Origin: Terriglobales bacterium | Lineage (GTDB): Bacteria; Acidobacteriota; Terriglobia; Terriglobales; Acidobacteriaceae | Length of the DNA: 64,000 nucleotides | Assembly: GCA_036557105.1 (NCBI GenBank) | Contig: DATBIE010000108.1 | Location: forward strand, 17,928-81,927 | Direction of reading: 5' to 3' | Shown here: one piece after another, positions 56,806-64,000 of the stretch | Numbering within the stretch: the first letter of the stretch is position 1 | Layout of the letters: every line of letters starts with the position of its first letter | Translations under genes and position numbers: made by a program | Notes under the pieces: model-generated | Seen by the model: only the letters and a program-made list of their open reading frames with translations | Told to the model about the DNA's origin: nothing | Databases searched by the model: none

Positions 56806-58149
56806 TCACAAGTCAACCGTGCGAGTGTGCATCCATGCGTAAATAGGAATTCCCAAAAGCAATAGGACAAGTCCATACCTCACCGCTTCCGCGCCACAGC
56901 CATAAATGGTCCAAATGGCGAAAGCAAAGGCCACAACCTCGACCGCATTGAATCGTTTCTTATGACCTCCGGCAGTGCTTTTCCGTGGCAGCAAGATCGT
57001 TCCCGCGAGAGCGCAAAAGCTATATGGAATCACAGCAGCCATGGTGCTCAATTTCACGATGAAGTCATAGAAAGCCACCAGGCCACGCGAGCCCGATGAT
57101 TCGACGAGCAGAAGAACCGTGGCAAGAGCAGCTGAAATGACAATGGCGATAGCAGGGACGCCGCGACGAGAACGCCGCCCGAACCAGGACGGAAAAAGGT
57201 TGTCGTGCGCTGCTGCCATCGGCACCTGCCCCATCAAGAGCGTCCATCCATTGAGAGCGCCCAGCGAGGAAATCAGCGCCGCGACAGATACGAGTGTGGC
57301 AGCCCATGGACCCCACATCGCGGTAGCTGCATCAGAAAAAGGTGAAGATGAGTGCGCCAGCTGCTCGCGCGGCAGGACTCCCATCACTGTAACAGTGCCA
57401 AGAACATAGAGCAATGCGGTGGCGGAAATGCCCAGCAGAGTGGCCCTCGGAATAGTACGAGCGGCGTCTCGAACATCGCCGGCGGGCACGGTCGCAGATT
57501 CAAGACCGAGATAGGCGAACATAATGAGTGGCGCCACCGCTGTTCCAGCTTTCAAGAGCGGCTCACCGCTTGGATTGAATGGAACGAGATTGTGGCGTTC
57601 GACCCATAGCAATCCCAACGTTGCGATCGCAAAGAACGGTATCACTTTGGTGAAGGTAGTGACCGACTGAAAAAGACCTGCTTCGCGAACACCGCGCAAG
57701 TTGACCAATGCAATCAGCCAGATCACTCCGAGAGTAATCAGAATCGCTAGTAGTCGACTCTGCTTTATTGCCGGTGCGAGTTGCGCGAGATAGCCAGTAA
57801 AGGTGACCGCAATAGCAGGCAACGATGCCCAAATTGAGATCCAATATCCCCAAGCGACGAGAAAGCCCGCAAAATCGCCATAGGCTGCCCGAGTGTAGGC
57901 ATACGGACCGCCAGTCGCGGGTACCGAGTGCGCTAGCCTTGCAAACACTAGCCCCAGGCAGATAGCACCTATCCCCATGACGATCCAGCTAACGATAGCT
58001 AAGGCGCCGTAAGGAGCGAGAGACGCGGGTGAGAGATAAAAGCCCGAGCCCACCATGTTGCCGATGATGAGCGCGGTGCAAGCCGCAAGGCCGAGCGCTT
58101 TCTTTTCAGTAGTAGCTGCTCTATCACGTACTAAGTGAGGCGTGCTCAT
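56806..58149 (-). CDS. APC-superfamily basic amino acid/polyamine antiporter (AdiC/PotE/CadB/ArcD-like)
   Basis: ORF 56806..58149 overlaps the decarboxylase 3' end by 26 nt. It has 12 predicted TM helices and the N-terminal motif ALIIGNMVGSGFYLSPASLAPYG. Confidence 0.85.
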   Translation of the reverse strand: MSTPHLVRDRAATTEKKALGLAACTALIIGNMVGSGFYLSPASLAPYGALAIVSWIVMGIGAICLGLVFARLAHSVPATGGPYAYTRAAYGDFAGFLVAWGYWISIWASLPAIAVTFTGYLAQLAPAIKQSRLLAILITLGVIWLIALVNLRGVREAGLFQSVTTFTKVIPFFAIATLGLLWVERHNLVPFNPSGEPLLKAGTAVAPLIMFAYLGLESATVPAGDVRDAARTIPRATLLGISATALLYVLGTVTVMGVLPREQLAHSSSPFSDAATAMWGPWAATLVSVAALISSLGALNGWTLLMGQVPMAAAHDNLFPSWFGRRSRRGVPAIAIVISAALATVLLLVESSGSRGLVAFYDFIVKLSTMAAVIPYSFCALAGTILLPRKSTAGGHKKRFNAVEVVAFAFAIWTIYGCGAEAVRYGLVLLLLGIPIYAWMHTRTVDL

Positions 58150-60499
58150 CAGTCACCAGTGTCCGTGCCGCGGTCCGCGCGAGGTCAATTCCCCGTTCGG
58201 CTGACTTCAGGCAATACACGAAATATTTGCCGCCAATGTTCTCCACCCCGTGCGTATCGTGACCAAAACCAGGGAAGCGTTCATCCCATGCTTGTAAGGC
58301 TCGCAGATAACTTAGGTAAGGCCCATGCATTTCGCCCGCGTATTCGCCTGGCATTAACATCGGAATACCCGGAGGGTAAGGCACGACGCTGGTCGCGACT
58401 ACTCGATCTGCCAAGACGTCCAACGAGACTTTTTCAACTTTGTTCAACACGAGCTGCCGGTAAGCATCCCGAGGTGTCATAAGAGGGCTGGGCAATGTTG
58501 AAAACGCCTTTGCCAGCCAATGAGTTTGTTCGGATTCCTTAAGTTGGGAGAACATCTCATTTGAGAGATCGCGCAGGCCACGATTGCTGTATCGCTCTGG
58601 ATAGGCGCGTACCAGGTCTGGCAAGACTTGTGCCAGCGATACGTCCGAGTCGTAATCGTGTTTGAAATCCAGGAAGGCATTGACTAAGGTGCCCCATTTT
58701 CCCTTGGTTATGCCAATGGAGAAGAGAAACAGGATCGTGAAGTCAGTCGTTTTCTCGACTTGAATCCCGCGTCGGCCAAGATAGGCTGTAACGAGACTTG
58801 CTGGAATTCCCGGCTCTCGCAAAGAGCCATCGACTGCTACGCCCGGAGTCACAATAGAGACCTTGATTGGGTCCAGCATGCAGTAGTCATCTTCCAAGTC
58901 CTCGAACCCATGCCAAGTGTCACCTGGATGAAGTACCCAACAGTCCGGCTCCGTCACCAGCAGATCTTGCGGTGCGGACTCAAAGGCAATACGCTTTCCG
59001 CTTTTTGGATCTGTCACCTCATCCGCGTTCCAGGCGCCGAAGAACCACTCGCCCTTGGCTTCAAACTCTTTCCGAATTCTAGAAATTGTCTGGCGAAACG
59101 TTACCGCTTCCTGGATGGATTCGGTTGTAAGTGCCACGCCTCCCGGCCCGTCCATCATCGCGGCGGTCACGTCATTCGACGCAATGATTGGATAGAGTGG
59201 CGAGGTCGAACTGTGCATCATGAATGATTCGTTGAATCGGGGGTGGTCGATGGGATTACGTCCATCGCGAACATGAAGGAATGAAGCCTGAGAGAGCGCT
59301 GCTAACAGCTTGTGCGTGGAATGCGTGGTGAAGATCGTTGGACCTTTGTGATCAGCAGGATCTCCGTGCATTCCAAAACGTTCACGGTAAATTGGATTGA
59401 ATCGTGCATATGCGTACCAAGCCTCGTCAAAATGTATGCGATCGACCGATGACTCGAGCAGGTCAGTAACTCGCTTAACGTTGTAGCACAAACCATCATA
59501 GGTGGAATTGGTAATCACGCAGTAGACGGGATTCAAGTTCGACGAAGGACTCACAAGCGGATTTGAAGAAATCGCGGAGCGCAGCGTCTTCGCATCGAGG
59601 CGGTCAGGATGAATTGGTCCAATAATTCCGTAGCGGTTGCGCAACGGCACGAGATAGTTCGGAATTGCTCCAGTCATCGTCAAGCCATGCTCGATTGACT
59701 TGTGACAATTGCGATCGCAGAGCGCAATCTGACTCTCTGAAACTGCGGCCATAAAGAGAATACGGTTTGCTGTCGAAGTTCCATTGGTGACACAGTAAGT
59801 GCGATGAGACCCGAAAACCCGAGCCGCGTATTTCTCTGACTCACCGATGGGCCCGGTATGATCGAGTAACGAACCCAGTTCGCCGACGCTGATGGAAAGA
59901 TCCGAACGCAGCAGGTTTTCCCCGAAATAGTCGTAGAAGACGCGTCCAACGGGCGACTTCAAAAAGGCAGTTCCCCCTGTGTGTCCGGGGGTGTGCCACG
60001 AGTATTCGTGAACAGCTGCGAACTTTGCCAGCGCAGCAGTCATTGGAGGCAAAAGATTGTCGCGATAGCGCTGCATGGCTGCACGAATGCGTCCAGCGAC
60101 GAATCCGGCAGTATCTTCCAGTTTCCAAATGAATTCGTCCGCCATTTGCATCACATTCACGGGAATGGCTGAGGCATGCTCCCGTTTTGCCATCAGAAAA
60201 ATGGGGACCTTCTCATCGCGAGAGCGCACAAGCCTGATCAAATCCAAGGCTTGGCTGTGACTACTCGACTGATCCTCGCCGCCCAAGCCCCAATCGAGAA
60301 GGATGCTGTGGAGAGCAGCATCGGAAACTACAACCGACATGCCGTCTTCGACGGATCTGGCCTGCACAACCTCGATCTCCCATGAGAGAAGTTCGTCGAT
60401 CAATGCCTGTAGTGCGCGACCAGTGGCCGTGGGCTGACCAAGTTCGTTATCAATAATCAGTGCTTTGAAATGAATTCTCTTGATTCGACGCTCAATCAC
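58124..60499 (-). CDS. Large biodegradative-type Orn/Lys/Arg decarboxylase (wing + PLP + C-terminal domains)
   Basis: ORF 58124..60499 with a GTG start after AAGGA. Receiver-like wing domain (KALIIDNELG...), PLP-lysine motif TTHSTHKLL, 791 aa. The substrate cannot be assigned from sequence inspection. Confidence 0.85.
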   Translation of the reverse strand: MIERRIKRIHFKALIIDNELGQPTATGRALQALIDELLSWEIEVVQARSVEDGMSVVVSDAALHSILLDWGLGGEDQSSSHSQALDLIRLVRSRDEKVPIFLMAKREHASAIPVNVMQMADEFIWKLEDTAGFVAGRIRAAMQRYRDNLLPPMTAALAKFAAVHEYSWHTPGHTGGTAFLKSPVGRVFYDYFGENLLRSDLSISVGELGSLLDHTGPIGESEKYAARVFGSHRTYCVTNGTSTANRILFMAAVSESQIALCDRNCHKSIEHGLTMTGAIPNYLVPLRNRYGIIGPIHPDRLDAKTLRSAISSNPLVSPSSNLNPVYCVITNSTYDGLCYNVKRVTDLLESSVDRIHFDEAWYAYARFNPIYRERFGMHGDPADHKGPTIFTTHSTHKLLAALSQASFLHVRDGRNPIDHPRFNESFMMHSSTSPLYPIIASNDVTAAMMDGPGGVALTTESIQEAVTFRQTISRIRKEFEAKGEWFFGAWNADEVTDPKSGKRIAFESAPQDLLVTEPDCWVLHPGDTWHGFEDLEDDYCMLDPIKVSIVTPGVAVDGSLREPGIPASLVTAYLGRRGIQVEKTTDFTILFLFSIGITKGKWGTLVNAFLDFKHDYDSDVSLAQVLPDLVRAYPERYSNRGLRDLSNEMFSQLKESEQTHWLAKAFSTLPSPLMTPRDAYRQLVLNKVEKVSLDVLADRVVATSVVPYPPGIPMLMPGEYAGEMHGPYLSYLRALQAWDERFPGFGHDTHGVENIGGKYFVYCLKSAERGIDLARTAARTLVTDEHASLST

Positions 60500-60702
60500 G
60501 TGATCCTTTCCCTTGCTTCTGAGGGCGAAAAGCTGGCCTCAAATTCGGATTCGAATCGGGCATTCGCCGCCCGGACTCTACCAGTCGCGGCGACTTTGAG
60601 AGCAAAATAATGTGTTCATCGGAGCCGCTCCACTGGTAAAAATGGCAGGACTATTCCACGAAAGTCTGCGCTGCTACGCCAGTTTGCTTTCCTGCGAAAG
60701 AT

Positions 60703-61659
60703 TCAGGCCGCCAAAGTCTGTTTGGAGGGTCCGCATATAAGAGCCCCTGAAGAGTGCACCGTAGTTCCTGCCTCACCCGCAATGATCCTGTTTAGATCTG
60801 AGAGCGCCCCAATTGCTGCGGGCTTCCCGGTAATAGCGGCGAATCGGCATGCAGCGTCCACCTTCGGTCCCATCGATCCCGCGGCAAACGTAATTCCTTT
60901 CATTTCCTGCGGCGATGTGCGAAGGATTGGACGCTGCGTAGCCTTACCCCAGTCCAAGTAAACGGCATCTGCATCTGTCAACATTACGAGTAGGTCGGCG
61001 TCAAGTTCACGCGCAAGCAATTCAGAACAGAGATCCTTGTCGATGACAGCCTCAACTCCAATGAGTCGACGATTTGCGGCCGGATCATACATCGTGGGTA
61101 TGCCGCCTCCGCCAGCACAAATCACGATTGTGCCGCGATCGAGCAACCACTTGATCGGGCGAATCTCAAAAATGCGCCGGGGCATCGGCGAGGAAACTAC
61201 TCTGCGCCATTTATCTCCATCCCGTTTGAATACCCAGCCTTTCTCTGCCGCGAGATGATTTGCCTCGCCTTTTCCATAGATGGGACCTACAAACTTCGTT
61301 GGATTCTGAAAGGCGGGATCGTCGGCATTCACTTCGACCATGGTCAAGAGTGTCGCGAATGGAACTTCAAACGGAAGTAGGTTTCCCAGTTCCTGCTCGA
61401 TCATGTAGCCGATCATTCCTTCGGTTTCGGCACCCAGCACGTCGAGCGGATATGTCTCGACAGCGTGATACGCTGCGCCTTGCAAAGCGAGCAGCCCGAC
61501 TTGGGGCCCATTACCATGACTAATGACTAGCTGATGCGACTTTGCGACGGGCGCCAGCGCTTTAGCTGCAACCTTAATGTTGGCACGTTGGACGTCCGCA
61601 TTCATCGGCTCGCCTCTCTTGAGCAGCGCGTTTCCACCGAGCGCGACCACAACACGCAT
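60703..61659 (-). CDS. arcC: Carbamate kinase
   Basis: ORF 60703..61659. [38 protein letters not shown]. It starts 3 nt after the arcB stop. Confidence 0.9.
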   Translation of the reverse strand: MRVVVALGGNALLKRGEPMNADVQRANIKVAAKALAPVAKSHQLVISHGNGPQVGLLALQGAAYHAVETYPLDVLGAETEGMIGYMIEQELGNLLPFEVPFATLLTMVEVNADDPAFQNPTKFVGPIYGKGEANHLAAEKGWVFKRDGDKWRRVVSSPMPRRIFEIRPIKWLLDRGTIVICAGGGGIPTMYDPAANRRLIGVEAVIDKDLCSELLARELDADLLVMLTDADAVYLDWGKATQRPILRTSPQEMKGITFAAGSMGPKVDAACRFAAITGKPAAIGALSDLNRIIAGEAGTTVHSSGALICGPSKQTLAA

Positions 61660-61662
61660 GAT

Positions 61663-62667
61663 TTACTCTCCCAGCGTCGCCACCAGCAACGCCTTAATGG
61701 TGTGCATCCGGTTCTCTGCCTGCTCGAATGCGATGTTGGCCTCGGACTCGAATACATCATTAGTGACCTCAAGTCCGTTTGTTAGTCCGTAATTTTCCGC
61801 AATTTGCTTGCCGAGCGTAGTCTCGGTGTCATGAAAAGCCGGCAGACAATGCATAAAACGCACGTGGGGATTGCCACTCGCCCGCAACAACTCGTTGTTC
61901 ACCTGGTACGGTGTCAGAAGCGCGATTCGCTTTTTCCATATGTCCTTCGGTTCACCCATCGAAACCCATACATCAGTGTGAATGAAATCCACACCGTTTA
62001 CTGCCTCTTTCGGATCATCAGTTATGGTCAATTTGGCTCCACTGCTGGATGCCAGGTCATGGGCAATTTGCCGATATTCGTCCGAGGGCCACAGCGACTT
62101 GGGGCCGCAGATGCGAACATCCATTCCCACCAGGCACCCGGCGATCATCAGAGAATGTCCCATGTTCGATCGTGTATCGCCAATATAGGCATAGCTGATG
62201 TCAGAGATGGGTTTGTCGCTGTGTTCGCGCATAGTCATAATGTCGGCAAGCATCTGTGTTGGGTGATACTCGTCTGTGAGGCCGTTGTAAACAGGCACTC
62301 CCGCATAAGTTGCGAGTTCCGCGACCCCGCATTGCGCTGCACCTCGATATTCGATGGCGTCAAACATTCTGCCCAGCACCCGCGCCGTGTCCTTGAAAGA
62401 TTCTTTATGGCCGATCTGAGAACCTGCAGGGTCGAGATAGGTTACGTTCGCACCCTGGTCGTAACAGGCGACTTCAAAAGCGCACCGGGTGCGGGTAGAA
62501 GTCTTCTCAAAGATCAGGCATATTTCTTTGCCTCTGAGGTGTTGCTGCTCTGTCCGGGCGTACTTTGCGCGTTTAAGATCACGAGCAAGATCGAGTAAGT
62601 ATCGAAACTCACGCTGTGAGTAATCCTGTACTGTGAGGAGCGAACGATTGCGTAAATTGAAGCTCAT
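61663..62667 (-). CDS. arcB: Ornithine carbamoyltransferase (catabolic by context)
   Basis: Lies inside ORF 61663..62754. ATG 62667 follows GGAGA ([13 protein letters not shown]...). Motifs STRTR, HPTQ, DVWVSMG and HCLP. Confidence 0.9.
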   Translation of the reverse strand: MSFNLRNRSLLTVQDYSQREFRYLLDLARDLKRAKYARTEQQHLRGKEICLIFEKTSTRTRCAFEVACYDQGANVTYLDPAGSQIGHKESFKDTARVLGRMFDAIEYRGAAQCGVAELATYAGVPVYNGLTDEYHPTQMLADIMTMREHSDKPISDISYAYIGDTRSNMGHSLMIAGCLVGMDVRICGPKSLWPSDEYRQIAHDLASSSGAKLTITDDPKEAVNGVDFIHTDVWVSMGEPKDIWKKRIALLTPYQVNNELLRASGNPHVRFMHCLPAFHDTETTLGKQIAENYGLTNGLEVTNDVFESEANIAFEQAENRMHTIKALLVATLGE

Positions 62668-62714
62668 AAGAACGTCTCCTGGATTGTTAAAGTCGGTTGT
62701 CCTCGAAAGTCTCG

Positions 62715-63944
62715 CTAATAAGCTGGCTCTCGCCATATAGGACAGGTCATGCAATGACCTCCGCCCCGACCCCGGCCTAGTTCGGCCCCGCGGACTGTAA
62801 CTACTTCAATGCCCGCTTTTCTGAGCAGTGTGTTTGTGTAAGTATTGCGGTCGTAAGCAACCACGACGCCCGGCTGCAGCGCTACGACATTGTTCCCGTC
62901 ATCCCATTGCTCGCGCTCCGCCTGATATGCATTGCCGCCTGTTTCGACAATGCGAAGGTCCTTAAGTCCTAAAGCTTCCTTGACAACTTCGATCAAGCTC
63001 TTTTTCTCTTTACAAATCCCGTAGCCACCCTCCTCATCGGTCGGATAAACGCTGTAGCATCGAATTTGGTCCACAACTTCTCGAAACATGGTCACTACAT
63101 GTCGGTCGCAGAAGCTGAATACGGTATCCAGATGCATGGCAGCACGGCTTCTCGGCATGAGACAGGCGATGACGCGGCTGGCGGCATTTTGCCTGAAGAG
63201 TTCCTGGGCAACCTGCACTACCGCATGGCGGGTTGTGCGTTCTCCCATTCCAATAAGGACGAACCCCTTGCCGATCGGCATCACGTCTCCACCTTCGAGC
63301 GATGCACTGCCGTGGTCTTGATCTGAATCTCCCCACCACAACCGGAAGTCGCCTCCCTTGAACATGGGATGAAACTTGTAGACGCTCCTTTGCAACAAGG
63401 ATTCCGGTTTTCGAGCTGGCCAGTACATCGGATTGCAAGTGACGCCGTTGTAAATCCAACAAGAAGGATCGCGCTGGAACAAAGTATTAGGGATTGGCGG
63501 AAGAAGAAATTCTGTTCCACCGAAAGCTTCGGAGAGCATTTTCTTGATCTCCATATCCGGCAGATCAGCGACTGCAAAACCGCCAATGAGGTGGGCTGCC
63601 AATTTCTTGGACGGCATTTCATCAAGCCAAGGCCGGATCGCCTCAGCTGTTCCCGGGCCAACGGAGTTCGCTGTTACGCGCCGATCGAGAATGAACTCGC
63701 GAGCTTCTTTCTGATTTAGGACTTCCTCGAGCAAGTCATGTAATTCCAGAACCTCGACCCCACGTTCCTGCATTTTCAAAACAAAGTCGTAGTGGTCCTT
63801 TTGTGCTTCCTGGACCCAGATAACATCATCGAAAAGTAAGTCGCGACAGTTGCCGGGTGTGAGCCGTTGATGCGCTAGGCCAGGCCGGCAGACCATGACT
63901 GTGCGCAGTGTTCCTACTTCGGAATGGACACCAAAGTTGTGCAT
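62715..63944 (-). CDS. arcA: Arginine deiminase
   Basis: Lies inside ORF 62715..63977. ATG 63944 follows GGAGGAGGAGG ([22 protein letters not shown]...). The C-terminal catalytic region reads [13 protein letters not shown]. Confidence 0.9.
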   Translation of the reverse strand: MHNFGVHSEVGTLRTVMVCRPGLAHQRLTPGNCRDLLFDDVIWVQEAQKDHYDFVLKMQERGVEVLELHDLLEEVLNQKEAREFILDRRVTANSVGPGTAEAIRPWLDEMPSKKLAAHLIGGFAVADLPDMEIKKMLSEAFGGTEFLLPPIPNTLFQRDPSCWIYNGVTCNPMYWPARKPESLLQRSVYKFHPMFKGGDFRLWWGDSDQDHGSASLEGGDVMPIGKGFVLIGMGERTTRHAVVQVAQELFRQNAASRVIACLMPRSRAAMHLDTVFSFCDRHVVTMFREVVDQIRCYSVYPTDEEGGYGICKEKKSLIEVVKEALGLKDLRIVETGGNAYQAEREQWDDGNNVVALQPGVVVAYDRNTYTNTLLRKAGIEVVTVRGAELGRGRGGGHCMTCPIWREPAY

Positions 63945-64000
63945 GACTCCTCCTCCTCCACCGTTGCCCGAATGCATGATTGAGAATTCAAATTGTTGAA

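Noticed and set aside
1-64000. I searched all intergenic gaps by eye for tRNA T-loop/acceptor patterns, rRNA, CRISPR repeat-spacer periodicity, IS elements or integrases, and classic defence genes such as nucleases, helicases, methyltransferases and toxin-antitoxin pairs.
   Set aside because: None was found. All large ORFs are accounted for by metabolic, transport, envelope or signalling families or by the unknowns listed above. Small structured RNAs cannot be excluded without covariance-model searches (Infernal/Rfam).

Overview
This is a densely coding 64-kb chromosomal segment with about 40 protein-coding genes on both strands. I found no rRNA, tRNA, CRISPR array, transposase, integrase or phage-like gene. 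The gene content suggests a soil Acidobacteriota (Terriglobia-like) genome, which is an inference from content only, not a search result. That content includes PadR next to a duplicated-FtsX 'ADOP'-type orphan permease, a CarboxypepD_reg-type TonB-dependent receptor, two PSCyt/DUF1549/DUF1553 + DUF1501 modules, and at least eight twin-arginine (TAT) signal proteins. Blocks in order: (1) a minus-strand operon of sensor kinase, OmpR-type regulator, PP2C phosphatase and ECF sigma factor (531-4553); (2) two small orphan genes (5030-5740); (3) a GH115-like hydrolase and a TAT-exported TIM-barrel / Gfo-Idh-MocA / TIM-barrel operon (5890-11991); (4) a PLD/cardiolipin-synthase-like gene and a cupin; (5) three-gene module A (14331-20475); (6) two secreted unknowns, PadR + ADOP permease, a GAF-TonB_C fusion + multicopper oxidase, a TAT hitch-hiker subunit + GMC flavoenzyme, a GH144-like enzyme and an NHL propeller; (7) three-gene module B, an inverted paralogue of module A (35389-41914); (8) SulP + VIT transporters, a lower-GC gene-poor kb, an RMD1/DUF155-like protein and a 796-aa secreted repeat plus Gly/Tyr/Trp-rich protein; (9) a HisKA_3 kinase + stand-alone receiver and a TonB-dependent receptor; (10) arcA-arcB-arcC followed by a large PLP decarboxylase and a basic amino acid/polyamine antiporter. 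The best candidates for undescribed biology are four. First, the duplicated trio of PSCyt/DUF1553 protein, DUF1501 protein and a polytopic CxxCH + LRR membrane protein. Second, a secreted helical-repeat protein paired with a Cys/Trp-rich HExxH protein. Third, the arc + decarboxylase + antiporter fusion locus. Fourth, a decayed copy of the sensor-kinase 5' end whose upstream element is better conserved than its coding part. I found no single smoking-gun novel system, and all functional readings of unknown genes are hypotheses. All motif and identity counts were made by hand.
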